Shown here: positions 9,408-19,131 of the stretch, one piece after another
Position numbering within the stretch: the stretch's first letter is position 1
Layout: the number at the start of each line of letters is the position of its first letter
Origin: Candidatus Bathyarchaeia archaeon
Lineage (GTDB): Archaea > Thermoproteota > Bathyarchaeia > Bathyarchaeales > Bathycorpusculaceae
Direction: 5' to 3'
DNA: 64,000 nt
Assembly: GCA_038883795.1 (NCBI GenBank)
Contig: JAVZLK010000002.1
Coordinates: 1 to 64,000, forward strand
The notes under the pieces: generated by a model
The model's database searches: none
Seen by the model: only the letters and a program-made list of their open reading frames with translations
What the model was told of the DNA's origin: nothing
Translations under genes and position numbers: made by a program

Positions 9408-10559
9408 ATGAGTAGAAAAGGAGTAATCCTTGAAGGCAGCCACTTCATGAATGGCGACATTGCATGCGCAGAAGGCGCCATAGCCGCTGGTTGCAGATTC
9501 TTTGCTGGTTATCCAATAACGCCGGCAACAGAAATCGCTGAACACTTAGCTCAGCGCATGCCTGAAGTTGGCGGAATATACATTCAAATGGAAGATGAAA
9601 TAGCCTCCATCGCAGCAGTTATAGGCGCATCCTATGCAGGCTTAAAAGCTATGACAGCTACTTCCGGACCAGGTTTTAGTCTCATGCAAGAAAATATAGG
9701 TTTGGCTGTGATGACAGAAGCTCCATGCGTGATTGTGGATGTTATGCGTGGCGGACCCAGCACTGGACAACCAACATTGCCCGGACAGCAGGATGTTATG
9801 CAAGCTAAATGGGGTTCCCATGGAGATTACGAAATCATAGCTTTAGCGCCTTCTTCTGTTCAAGAAATGTTCGACTTAACCATTGAAGCCTTTAACTTGT
9901 CTGAAACTTACAGGGTTCCAGCAATAGTTTTGGCTGACGAGGTGGTTGGGCATATGTGGGAGAAGGTTGTGATTCCTCCTGCTGAAAAGATAAGAATTGT
10001 GAACCGAAAGAAGGCGAATGTTCCGTCGGAAGCTTATGCTCCGTTTATGCCTGATGATGATTTGGTTCCGCCCATGGCATGTTTTGGAGAAGGCTACAGC
10101 TTTCATGCTACTGGCTTGACGCATGATGAGTATGGTTATCCCCAAACATCCAGTTCCGAGGCTCAGCAAAAACTTGTGCAAAGATTATGCGATAAGATTA
10201 GGAAAAATGCGGATAAAATAATTAGAGTTGAAGAGGTTATGCTAGACGATGCCGATATGGTGGTTGTAGCTTATGGAATAGTTGCCAGAGCCGCACTCAG
10301 TGCTGTAAGAAAGGCTAGAGCAGAGGGAATAAAAGCTGGGCTTCTACGCCCAATCACTTTGTGGCCTTTCCCAGAAAAATATGTGGCAAAAATAGCCAAA
10401 CAAGCAAAAGCCATAGTGGTTCCAGAAATGAACTGTGGCCAACTGGTGCGTGAAGTGGAGAGGGCAGCAAAGGAAACACCCGTTGCTTTTCTTTCCAAGT
10501 TGGGAGAGGAACCTCACACGCCTATGGAGATTCTTGAGACAATAAGGAGGAATAGCTAA
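9408..10559 (+). CDS. korA: 2-oxoacid:ferredoxin oxidoreductase alpha subunit
   Basis: FFAGYPITPATE, QMEDE, TSGPGFSLM, MRGGPSTG, EMNCGQ; substrate not established. Confidence 0.88.
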   Translation: MSRKGVILEGSHFMNGDIACAEGAIAAGCRFFAGYPITPATEIAEHLAQRMPEVGGIYIQMEDEIASIAAVIGASYAGLKAMTATSGPGFSLMQENIGLAVMTEAPCVIVDVMRGGPSTGQPTLPGQQDVMQAKWGSHGDYEIIALAPSSVQEMFDLTIEAFNLSETYRVPAIVLADEVVGHMWEKVVIPPAEKIRIVNRKKANVPSEAYAPFMPDDDLVPPMACFGEGYSFHATGLTHDEYGYPQTSSSEAQQKLVQRLCDKIRKNADKIIRVEEVMLDDADMVVVAYGIVARAALSAVRKARAEGIKAGLLRPITLWPFPEKYVAKIAKQAKAIVVPEMNCGQLVREVERAAKETPVAFLSKLGEEPHTPMEILETIRRNS

Positions 10560-11398
10560 TGGAAACTATGATGGCGCATCCTTTTGCAAAATATTTACGA
10601 GAAGCCATGATGCCCCACATATGGTGTTCAGGCTGCGGTAACGGCATAATCCTAAACTGTTTTGTTCAAGCCGTGGACGAGCTGCAAATGGACCTTAACA
10701 AGCTTGTGGTTGTTTCTGGCATTGGCTGCATTGGAAGGGCAGCCGGATACGTCAACACAAACTCTTTTCACACCACTCATGGGCGCCCAATAGCCTTTGC
10801 CACTGGAGTAAAATTGGCAAATCCAGAGCTTGAAGTGGTGATTATAAGCGGTGATGGGGACCTCTTCGCCATAGGGGGAAACCACTTCATACATGCGGCT
10901 CGAAGAAACATTGGAATCAAAGTTATCTGTGCAAACAATTTCAATTATGGAATGACTGGGGGACAGCAAGGACCTACAACACCGCTTGAGGCTTTAACAA
11001 CCACAACCCCTTACGGAAACATTGAACACCCTTTTAATTTAGTGCATTTGGCAGCAGCATCAGGCGCTACTTATGTGGCTAGGTGGACAACTTTGCATGT
11101 GCGAAGGCTTACCCAATCCATCAAAAAATTGTTACAGAAGGAAGGTTTTGGGTTTATTGAAGTTGTTTCGCCATGTCCAGAAATCTTCGGTCGCCACAAT
11201 AAGATGCGAACTGGGCTTGAGATGATGGAATGGTTTAGAAAAGTTTCCACAATAGAAAACTTTTCCGACCCAGCGAAAGCAGAAATTACTCCAGAAAAAA
11301 TTGTCGTTGGAGAGTTTGTTGATATAGCAAAGGTTAGTTATGAAAAGCTGGTTCATGAAAAAATCGCTGAAATTAATGAAAAGAAAATGCAATGGTGA
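10559..11398 (+). CDS. korB: 2-oxoacid:ferredoxin oxidoreductase beta subunit
   Basis: WCSGCG, SGIGC, HGR, TPP motif GDGD...NN, GMTGGQ, SPCP. Confidence 0.88.
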   Translation: METMMAHPFAKYLREAMMPHIWCSGCGNGIILNCFVQAVDELQMDLNKLVVVSGIGCIGRAAGYVNTNSFHTTHGRPIAFATGVKLANPELEVVIISGDGDLFAIGGNHFIHAARRNIGIKVICANNFNYGMTGGQQGPTTPLEALTTTTPYGNIEHPFNLVHLAAASGATYVARWTTLHVRRLTQSIKKLLQKEGFGFIEVVSPCPEIFGRHNKMRTGLEMMEWFRKVSTIENFSDPAKAEITPEKIVVGEFVDIAKVSYEKLVHEKIAEINEKKMQW

Positions 11399-11403
11399 TT
11401 TAA

Positions 11404-11949
11404 ATGCGAATTGAAATTAGGTTTGCGGGTTTCGGCGGGCAAGGCATAATCAAATCTGGAATAATCACAGCTACAGCAGCATGCATCTACAGTGGAAAAA
11501 ATGCCGTTCAAACCCAATCTTACGGTCCAGAATCAAGGGGTGGAGCATGCAAATCCGAAGTTGTAATTTCAGAAGAGGAAATAGACTTTCCAAAGGTTGT
11601 TGAACCAGAAATCCTTGTAGTTATGTCTCAGCATGCCTACAATGAATATGCAGAAAACGTGAAAACAGGCGGCACAATAATCTTGGACCCAGACATGGTT
11701 CCCCACGAAAAAGAGCTGAAAAACGTCAAAGTCTTCAAAGTTCCAGCCACAAGAATTGCTGAAGAGCTAGGAAGGAAGATAGTTGCAAACATTGCCATGT
11801 TAGGCGCTTTTGTGGCTATCACTGGAGTTTTGGATAATGAGGCCGTTAAAGAATCCATTAAAGTAAATGTGCCAAAGGGTACTGAAGAACTGAATTTGAA
11901 AGCTTTTGAGAAAGGATACGAATACGGCAAAAACCTGTTGAAAAGTTAG
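11404..11949 (+). CDS. korC: 2-oxoacid:ferredoxin oxidoreductase gamma subunit
   Basis: AGFGGQG, QSYGPESRGG, ANIAMLGA, NLKAFEKG. Confidence 0.88.
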   Translation: MRIEIRFAGFGGQGIIKSGIITATAACIYSGKNAVQTQSYGPESRGGACKSEVVISEEEIDFPKVVEPEILVVMSQHAYNEYAENVKTGGTIILDPDMVPHEKELKNVKVFKVPATRIAEELGRKIVANIAMLGAFVAITGVLDNEAVKESIKVNVPKGTEELNLKAFEKGYEYGKNLLKS

Positions 11950-11950
11950 C

Positions 11951-12556
11951 TTATCCCGCCTTTTGAAGTGGCTGTTGCATTATAACCTTTGATTTTCTAA
12001 TGCCCACATGCCTCAGTGGAGCAATTTTCTTGGCTTCGTTGTATATATCTGATGCTATTTTTCCCAAAACCATCTCTTGGGCAAACTGGTCTAATGTGAG
12101 GGTAGCCGCCTTTTCTTTAACAATTTTTTCCATAATAGCCCTTATTTCTCTTTCTTGAGCTGTCCTTATCCTTGAAAGTGTAAAGGCGGATACAGCCACA
12201 CGAATTTTGTATCCATCTTTCGTGGTTAAATTAAACAATCCATCAACTTTAGTTGTTCTTCTGCGCACTAGGCTTCGCAAGTAGTCCCGTGAATATTCGT
12301 GTCCTTTAAACATGGTTTTGGCAGTTTTTCCATCAACTTCGGTTATTTGGAAATATATCTTTAAGTATTGGTGGGCAAAATCTCCAGTAACATCATAAAG
12401 CGTTGAATCAATAACTCTCCCAACGAGCTTTTCTGGTTCGTCAGCTGGCACGCTTCCAAGTTCCACACTACCAAAATAGGGCGGAGCGATTGTTGTATAC
12501 CAAGATTTGCTTCGCCACTTATCCCTTACACGTTTTGTTTTTGAAGACACGTTCAT
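11951..12556 (-). CDS. rps3ae: 30S ribosomal protein eS1 (S3Ae)
   Basis: DKWRSKSWY, GHEYSRDYLRSLVRR, IAPLRHVGIRKSKV. Confidence 0.95.
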   Translation of the reverse strand: MNVSSKTKRVRDKWRSKSWYTTIAPPYFGSVELGSVPADEPEKLVGRVIDSTLYDVTGDFAHQYLKIYFQITEVDGKTAKTMFKGHEYSRDYLRSLVRRRTTKVDGLFNLTTKDGYKIRVAVSAFTLSRIRTAQEREIRAIMEKIVKEKAATLTLDQFAQEMVLGKIASDIYNEAKKIAPLRHVGIRKSKVIMQQPLQKAG

Positions 12557-12600
12557 CCTCCAAATGTAGCTTGAAAATTCGCATCTGGGTATTAAAAGTT

Positions 12601-13890
12601 TTACCGTTTCGGCTCTATTTTTGCTATGCCACCCATGTATTTTCTTAAAACTTCTGGCACAATAACCGAACCGTCTTCCTGCTGGTAGTTTTCAAGAATC
12701 GCCACAATTGTTCTTCCAGTGGCAATAGCTGTAGAGTTCAAAGTATGCACAAACCCTTTTGGTGGCTCGCCCTCTTTCTCTCTATATTTTATGTTTAGCC
12801 TTCTTGCTTGATAGTCGGTGCAGTTGCTGCATGAAACTATCTCGCGATAAGCGTTTTGGGCTGGCATCCAAGCTTCTATGTCATATTTTTTGGCTGCAAC
12901 TGTTCCCATGTCGCCAGTGCAACAGTTCACAACACGGTATGGTAAACCAAGCTTTTGCACAAGTTCCTCAGCATTTTTTACAAGCTCCTCGTGGATTTTC
13001 CATGAATCTTCTGGTTTGCAGAAAACAAACTGTTCAATCTTGTTAAATTGGTGGGTTCGAAAAATTCCACGGGTATCTTTGCCGTGGGCTCCAGCCTCCT
13101 TCCTAAAGTTTGTGCTAACTCCCACAAATTTGAGCGGTAAATCATCCGCCAGCAAAACTTCATCCATAAACATTGCCGCCATGGGGTGCTCCGAAGTTGC
13201 AATAAGGTAAAGGTCTTCGTTCTCAATTTTGTATAGGGCATCCTCAAAATCGCTTAGGGCTACGACGCCCTCATATGGTTTTCTTCGCATAAGAAAAGGC
13301 GGCTCTATGGGCTTATAGCCTTTCTTAACCATTTCTTGCAATGCAAAATTCATCAAAGCCATATCCAACAATACGCCATCATTTTTTAAATAGAAGAATC
13401 TGGCTCCAGCAATTTTCCCAGCCCTTTCAATGTCCATTATGTCAAGGCTTAAACCCAAATCTATATGGTCTTTAATGGGAAAGGTGAATTTTGGAATTTC
13501 ACCCCAAGTCCTTATGGGAATATTATCGTTTTCGTCTTTGCCGAAGGGAACCGAATCGTGTAAAAGGTTTGGAAGGCGCATTAAATAATAGCGAACTTTC
13601 TCTTCGTACTCCGAGACCTGCTTTTCTAACATTGTAATTTCTGCATCTATGGCTTTTCCCTTCGCAATTTCTTTTGCTGCATCCTTCCCCTTCTTTTTTA
13701 AAGCTGCAATTTCTGTCGTTATCAATTTTCTTTCATGTCGCAGCTCATTTAGCCTAGTCAAACTCTGCCGCCATTTCCCATCATACTCGATTAGGGCTTC
13801 AAGCATCCTAATGTTTTCCGGGTCTCTCCTCTTCATCAAATTGTTCCTTACAAATTCTGGATTTTCTCGGATGAGTTTAATGTCCAGCAT
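12601..13890 (-). CDS. serS: Serine--tRNA ligase
   Basis: MLDIKLIRENPE, LIATSE, FRKEAG, GIFRTHQFNKIEQ, SCSNCTDYQARR, HTLNST. Confidence 0.97.
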   Translation of the reverse strand: MLDIKLIRENPEFVRNNLMKRRDPENIRMLEALIEYDGKWRQSLTRLNELRHERKLITTEIAALKKKGKDAAKEIAKGKAIDAEITMLEKQVSEYEEKVRYYLMRLPNLLHDSVPFGKDENDNIPIRTWGEIPKFTFPIKDHIDLGLSLDIMDIERAGKIAGARFFYLKNDGVLLDMALMNFALQEMVKKGYKPIEPPFLMRRKPYEGVVALSDFEDALYKIENEDLYLIATSEHPMAAMFMDEVLLADDLPLKFVGVSTNFRKEAGAHGKDTRGIFRTHQFNKIEQFVFCKPEDSWKIHEELVKNAEELVQKLGLPYRVVNCCTGDMGTVAAKKYDIEAWMPAQNAYREIVSCSNCTDYQARRLNIKYREKEGEPPKGFVHTLNSTAIATGRTIVAILENYQQEDGSVIVPEVLRKYMGGIAKIEPKR

Positions 13891-14035
13891 CTTTTCGCAC
13901 GCAACCTTCTAACCTTAGCGTGAATCAATATTTTTACCTTTCTCGGAGAATAGCTGTTTTGCAAAAAATCTAGAGAGGGGCTACGAATTTAGCAAAGGAA
14001 AACAGCCAAAATTTGACTCTTCAAGAATGTTATGG

Positions 14036-14290
14036 CTAAAGTTTCTTTGTTACCTGAATTGTTTTTTCCGCGGTTGAGGTGCAAAAGAGCAAATCGTCAA
14101 TTGTAGCTATGAAAGTTGGAAGCTTTCTCCTACATTTTATTCTTGTAACCACCCTATTTTTCTCTTGATATGTTTTGATGGATAATCCAGCTGGCGTTTT
14201 AAAATTGTCTGGTGAAACTGCCTTGGCTACGGCTTTGGCTGTTTCCTCATCCTCATATTCAATCGTTATTTCAGCTTCCAACCTTCTCAC
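14036..14290 (-). CDS. pcc1: KEOPS complex subunit Pcc1
   Basis: 84 aa, AKAVSPDN...TIDDLL pattern, conserved position between DHH gene and serS/eS1. Confidence 0.8.
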   Translation of the reverse strand: MRRLEAEITIEYEDEETAKAVAKAVSPDNFKTPAGLSIKTYQEKNRVVTRIKCRRKLPTFIATIDDLLFCTSTAEKTIQVTKKL

Positions 14291-15722
14291 CCCTCAACTG
14301 TTTCCCCACAAGTTCATTAACAACTTTGATAAAAGTGTCAACATTTTCTATGGGCACTTGCGCTCCAGCGGCAATATCGTGTCCGCCTCCATTTCCTAGG
14401 CATTTTTCTGCGGCTATTTGCATTACTTTGCCAAGGTTGATGCCCTTGTTTATCATGATATTTATCGTTCTTGCTGAAAATTTCGCCAAGCCCTCTTCTT
14501 CAACGTTAGCGTATGCAATCAATGGTTTTTCTGGGTTTGGGAGGCTTGTTGCAAGTATGGAGGAGATGGCGCCCACAATTTTTTCGTTTATGAAGTTTTC
14601 GCCATAAACCACATAAATGTTTTCCATCTCCCTCATCCTCTCAGCTTTCTCCATTATCCATCCAAGATACTTGTTTATGGTTCGCCTATACTCCTCCAAA
14701 ACCTTATTTGCCTCTTCTAATGCTGAGCCTCGGTCGCCCATGCAGATGGAAACTCCAAGGCTTGGTTTTTCCATACGCCCCGTAGCATTTAACAGAACAG
14801 CAAATTCCCTCGCATCCCTAAGCGGAGTCCAAGGTTCTTCGCGGGTTAAAGTGTAAACATGTCCAATCAAGTTCGTAATTTCATAGCGTAAACCCTTCGA
14901 AAGCAAATAATCCGCCAAAGCTGAACACAGCCTTTTCTTTTCATTATCTGAAAGGTCTCTTAAAGCTCGCCATTTTTCTCCAAATTTTGGCTTGATATCC
15001 AAACTTGCCAGAAAAGCCAAACTTTTGTCTTCTTCTCCGCTTATGCCTGGAATAAAAGGGTTTGTTGTGGAAGCCAATGTCTTATGGATTGGACGGGTTT
15101 CTCTACCAAAAAATATCAAATCCCTTTCAACTGTCAAAAGTCCGGCGTTTACGGCATCCTCAACTATTTTTTCGTTAACTCCGCCAAGCTTTCGCTGGTC
15201 ATACTTATCCTGCAAATCTCCGAGGGCCCCAACAACGGCTATGGGCGCCAAATCCACATTTTTTTCATCAATCTTTTTAGCCACAAAATAAGCCACACCA
15301 GCACCGCTGATATCGCGGGCTCCATCAATCCCATAAGAATGGGGATTCACATGCACAATATTCGGGTTTCTAGCTTCTCCTACGATTTGATGGTGGTCCA
15401 AAACGATAATCTTAAAGTTTGAAAGCTTTTCATTTAACAAATCAATGTAGCCACTTCCAAAGTCTGATAAAATTATCATTTGAGGCTTTTCTGAATGGAT
15501 TTCCGCAAAAATTTTTTCGTCAACCCATTGAGTTATGCGAATCCGAAACTTTGCGTCAAGCCTAAACAAGGCTTTTCCAATAATTCCAGCTGCAGCCACA
15601 CCATCAGCATCTAAATGCGAAAAAACCTGTATCAATCCATCTTCGTTTACAGTTTCCCGAATGGCTTTCGCTGCCTCTTCTGCTGATTTCAAAAACTCCG
15701 CTGTAGAGTCTTTTTCCGCCAT
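14271..15722 (-). CDS. DHH-family phosphoesterase (RecJ-like) with DHHA1 domain
   Basis: SHLDADG, DFGSG, LDHH, GALGDLQ, GGGHDIAAGA. Confidence 0.9.
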   Translation of the reverse strand: MAEKDSTAEFLKSAEEAAKAIRETVNEDGLIQVFSHLDADGVAAAGIIGKALFRLDAKFRIRITQWVDEKIFAEIHSEKPQMIILSDFGSGYIDLLNEKLSNFKIIVLDHHQIVGEARNPNIVHVNPHSYGIDGARDISGAGVAYFVAKKIDEKNVDLAPIAVVGALGDLQDKYDQRKLGGVNEKIVEDAVNAGLLTVERDLIFFGRETRPIHKTLASTTNPFIPGISGEEDKSLAFLASLDIKPKFGEKWRALRDLSDNEKKRLCSALADYLLSKGLRYEITNLIGHVYTLTREEPWTPLRDAREFAVLLNATGRMEKPSLGVSICMGDRGSALEEANKVLEEYRRTINKYLGWIMEKAERMREMENIYVVYGENFINEKIVGAISSILATSLPNPEKPLIAYANVEEEGLAKFSARTINIMINKGINLGKVMQIAAEKCLGNGGGHDIAAGAQVPIENVDTFIKVVNELVGKQLRGEKVGS

Positions 15723-15795
15723 GACAATCACTTTAGGCTAAGAAGCCAAATTATTTAAAGGTTTAAAAGTATCATACAAATGTAGAAATGATTAA

Positions 15796-16236
15796 TTAGG
15801 TTATGGAGGCTATTTTTGGCTCATATTTCCAGTTAGGCGGCAAAACCCCTTCCCGCTTATAATAACGTGAGAGTTTGTGAATTTTCGCCTCCAAAATTTG
15901 AAGCGCCCTCTTATTATGCAAATCCTTCTTATTCCTTTCCAAGTGTGTTGCGAGGCTTTCAGCCTTTTTCAGCATGTTCGCCAAATCTTCTGGCATTGCT
16001 GGCGCAAGTCCCGCGTCTTTAAGGATTTTTGTTATTGTTTTACCTGTTATCGGTTTTACAAGGGGAATTGCATATTGGTCTCTAAGGATTGTCCCTATTC
16101 GGCTTGGAGAATTGCCCTCTTTCGCCAGTTTAATCACTAATGCTTCCACCTCTTCCGGTTGGTATTTGCACCAGCTTGGGGGACGCTTGCTGACTGGTCT
16201 TATTTGGTGGGATTTTCCCTTTTCTTGTTTTGGCAT
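15796..16236 (-). CDS. rps15: 30S ribosomal protein uS15 (S13e-like)
   Basis: IGTILRDQY, PEDLANM, KDLHNKRAL, KIHKLSRYYK. Confidence 0.95.
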   Translation of the reverse strand: MPKQEKGKSHQIRPVSKRPPSWCKYQPEEVEALVIKLAKEGNSPSRIGTILRDQYAIPLVKPITGKTITKILKDAGLAPAMPEDLANMLKKAESLATHLERNKKDLHNKRALQILEAKIHKLSRYYKREGVLPPNWKYEPKIASIT

Positions 16237-16302
16237 TTCATTTCCCTTTTAGCGTGCTATGAGCGAGGTTAGACGAATATTTAAAACCTTCGATGCTAAG
16301 TT

Positions 16303-16878
16303 TTAGGCTGACCTATGAAAACGAACCAAAGTAAACAATTCATTCATAACCTTTGAAGGCTGACTAACATCCTTAAGCTCAACCCTCGAATAAGCAGAAC
16401 GCCTCATGTAGGGATATGGAACAGCATAAAATCCTCGGACGCCTGGGCTTAACGGCGTTATGGAACCATAGTTAAGGATTCTGGCAATTGGACCTTGGCT
16501 TAGGATGATGTCTGTGATTTCCGAGTAAGCAATCTCTCTAACCGATATTGTGATGAATTTTCTAAATAGTATGATACGGCGATTAGTCAGAATATAGAGG
16601 TGTCCTCGAACGTAAAAGTATCCAACCAAAGCCATCAAGGCAAAGAAAACCGCAAACCCGATTATTATTATGTAAAGAAGCCAAAAGGAGTAAGCTTCTA
16701 TAGACTGAGCGTATTGGGCAAGATTTCTGACAATGGAACTCAAGCTTACTAAAAGTGCAGTTGCCATGAAGGAAAGGATGGATGTGAATATGGAAGCATA
16801 ACGCCTCTGCAGCCTCATTATTACTTTCTCGTCTTGAAGCAATGACACTTGAGGCGGAACAGTCTCTTCGACAGCCAT
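16303..16878 (-). CDS. Membrane protein with bacterial PH (bPH_2) domain
   Basis: Two TM helices, then YILTNRRI...ITDI..QGPIARILNYG. Confidence 0.75.
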   Translation of the reverse strand: MAVEETVPPQVSLLQDEKVIMRLQRRYASIFTSILSFMATALLVSLSSIVRNLAQYAQSIEAYSFWLLYIIIIGFAVFFALMALVGYFYVRGHLYILTNRRIILFRKFITISVREIAYSEITDIILSQGPIARILNYGSITPLSPGVRGFYAVPYPYMRRSAYSRVELKDVSQPSKVMNELFTLVRFHRSA

Positions 16879-16883
16879 TACTT

Positions 16884-17441
16884 TTATTGCCCCTCTGGCT
16901 GTTTAGCTTTCACCAACTTCGCTATGCTATCCCTAACCTCGTATGGGTTTCGCACACCAGAAATGGAGAATATGGCGGCTCCCATGGGCATTATCATTCC
17001 AGCTGTTATCGGCGAAACTCTTCCATAATTGCAAATCCTACCGATTGGTCCCTGATTCACGATTAAGTCTGTTATTTTGTCATGAGTAACGGTTCTTAAC
17101 AGAATTCCAATGAATTTTCTGAACATTATGATTCTTTCATTTGTGATTATGTAGCGGTGTCCTTTAACATAAATGTAGCCCAAACCATAAAGTATTGGCG
17201 GAAGGATTACGAAGAAGAACACGGCTAGAGGAAGCATAATCCACTGGTTTTCTTTGGGAATAGCAAAGTTTAGTATTCCCAGCGCCACCGCAATTATCAC
17301 AAGCCCCACGGTGGCAACGGTAACGAAGGATATGTATGTTCTCTCTAAAACCATGAGTATTTTTTCATTGGGTGCTATAACTATCTCTTTTGGTATAGCT
17401 AAGTGAGACCCTTCGGAAGTTCCCATGGATTTCTCGGTCAT
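16884..17441 (-). CDS. Membrane protein with bacterial PH (bPH_2) domain, paralog of neighbour
   Basis: Two TM helices, YIITNERI...ITDL..QGPIGRICNYG...V.NP..V. Confidence 0.75.
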   Translation of the reverse strand: MTEKSMGTSEGSHLAIPKEIVIAPNEKILMVLERTYISFVTVATVGLVIIAVALGILNFAIPKENQWIMLPLAVFFFVILPPILYGLGYIYVKGHRYIITNERIIMFRKFIGILLRTVTHDKITDLIVNQGPIGRICNYGRVSPITAGMIMPMGAAIFSISGVRNPYEVRDSIAKLVKAKQPEGQ

Positions 17442-17486
17442 TTAAATCACCATGTTATAATTAAAGTCAACTCTTATCTTGTTTTA

Positions 17487-18074
17487 TTAACATTTTCCTT
17501 TATACCACTCAGCAAACCTTCTCAAGGCATTAGCCCTATGCGAGTATTTATTTTTCTCCTCAACTGTCATCTCAGCAAAAGTTTTTCCCCCACCACTTAA
17601 CGGTTCAAAAATCGGGTCAAAACCAAAGCCCGCATTTCCTCGGCGTTCCTCCTTTGTTATTAAACCAGCAACTTCTCCCTTAAAACATAATGGCGATTTC
17701 CGTTCAGAAGCGCAGTAGGCTATGACTGACTGAAACTTTGCCCTTCTGTTCTTAACATTTTCCATAAGCTTCAAAATTCCCTTATTCCCTATAGCCCTAT
17801 ACACATAAGCAGCGTATGGTCCTGGAAATCCATTTAACGCCTCTATGAATAGTCCCGCATCTTCTGTTATAACTGGCAAATTGGATTTTCTGAAAGCCTC
17901 AATGGCGCTTGTTTTTGCGATTTCTTCTAGGCTTTCGCTTTGAATTTCAAAAGCTTTAACTCTTAACATGCCCACGGCAATTTTATATTCGGCTAAAACC
18001 TTGCGGGCTTCATTAAATTTGTTAATGTTGTTTGTGGCGAAGAATATAACTCTGCCTTTTAACCTAAAACTCAT
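17487..18074 (-). CDS. rdgB: XTP/dITP diphosphatase (HAM1 family)
   Basis: FATNNINKFNE, EDAGL..LNGFPG, GFGFDPIF, EKNKYSHR. Confidence 0.95.
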   Translation of the reverse strand: MSFRLKGRVIFFATNNINKFNEARKVLAEYKIAVGMLRVKAFEIQSESLEEIAKTSAIEAFRKSNLPVITEDAGLFIEALNGFPGPYAAYVYRAIGNKGILKLMENVKNRRAKFQSVIAYCASERKSPLCFKGEVAGLITKEERRGNAGFGFDPIFEPLSGGGKTFAEMTVEEKNKYSHRANALRRFAEWYKGKC

Positions 18075-18478
18075 TTTGCTTCACGTTTCTTTGCGCCTTC
18101 CGCTGAAACACTAAAGTATTTTTCCCAGTTTATCTGCGCTATTTCCAAGATGTTGCCGTCTGGATCTGTGAAGGTTGCTTGCTTTCCACCCCAAGGTTCA
18201 TCATGCAGCTCTTTGATGAATTTTACTCCTTTCTTTTGCAGTTCGCCATAAGCTTTTTCCACATCATCCACAAGGAATTCAACTGAAGGTGATAATAGGC
18301 TTACTTTTTGTCCTCGTGCAAGTTTAGGAATCAATCCAATTTCTACGCCACCGCATTCGAAGCCAACATAACTCGAGTATTCGTATTTCTTTTCCAAGCC
18401 CAAAGTTTTCTCATAGAATTCTGCAGCTTTTTTTAAATCTGAGACATAGAATGTGACGCACCAAACTGTCTTAATCAT
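18071..18478 (-). CDS. VOC / glyoxalase-bleomycin resistance family protein
   Basis: VSDLKKAAEFY..LGL, FLVDDV, EPWGG...FTDPDGNILE. Confidence 0.85.
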   Translation of the reverse strand: MIKTVWCVTFYVSDLKKAAEFYEKTLGLEKKYEYSSYVGFECGGVEIGLIPKLARGQKVSLLSPSVEFLVDDVEKAYGELQKKGVKFIKELHDEPWGGKQATFTDPDGNILEIAQINWEKYFSVSAEGAKKREAK

Positions 18479-19131
18479 TCCAGCTCACCTTTTCTTTTGG
18501 CGACATACCTTCCCCTTCTCTCTATCTCCCTTATCTTATCTAAAACGTTTTTTACGGTTTCAGCGCCCAAAATCCTAGAATATCCCACAAGTACAGCGTC
18601 AAAACATTCTTCGGTGAAGCGGAAATGGGTGCTTTGCAGAGCCCTTTTCATAAGATGCAAGTCAACTCCTCTGGCTTCCAACTCCTTAGTTTTCTCGCCG
18701 AGTCCGAAATCGACAAAGAAAATTTTTCCTTCCCGCGTCAGAATCATGTTAGATGTGGTTAAATCGCCATGAATTATCCCATTGATATGGAGTCTACCTA
18801 TCAATTCGCCGATTTTTTGGCATAAACCTTCTCTCTCCTCTTTTGAAACTTCGCCTAGCAACTGTTTAACTTGTCTTCCCTCAATAAACTCCATTATTAT
18901 AGTAGTACTCTTTGTGTCGACGAGAAAAATTGTTGGCGTTGGCACTCCCGCCTTTTTTGCTTCATGCATCAACTGCGGTTCATGAATTGTTCTGTATATT
19001 CGAATCTGTTCATCCAAAATTTTTGGGCGATACTTTTTAGTTAAACGCTTTTTCATTACGACTTTCTTGCCATGCCAATCTGCAAGGTAGAGACTGGCTT
19101 CTGCTCCCTTCTTAATTAATACGGGTTTCAT
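18475..19131 (-). CDS. bud32: KEOPS kinase Bud32
   Basis: KGAEA, IIHGDLTTSN, DFGL, IERRGRY; ATGA overlap with kae1 stop. Confidence 0.93.
   Translation of the reverse strand: MKPVLIKKGAEASLYLADWHGKKVVMKKRLTKKYRPKILDEQIRIYRTIHEPQLMHEAKKAGVPTPTIFLVDTKSTTIIMEFIEGRQVKQLLGEVSKEEREGLCQKIGELIGRLHINGIIHGDLTTSNMILTREGKIFFVDFGLGEKTKELEARGVDLHLMKRALQSTHFRFTEECFDAVLVGYSRILGAETVKNVLDKIREIERRGRYVAKRKGELE

Noticed and set aside
13950-14010. Imperfect hairpin (GCTGTTTT...AAAACAGC) upstream of serS
   Set aside because: Short AT-rich stem with no recognisable T-box, K-turn or tRNA features; may be a terminator or chance.
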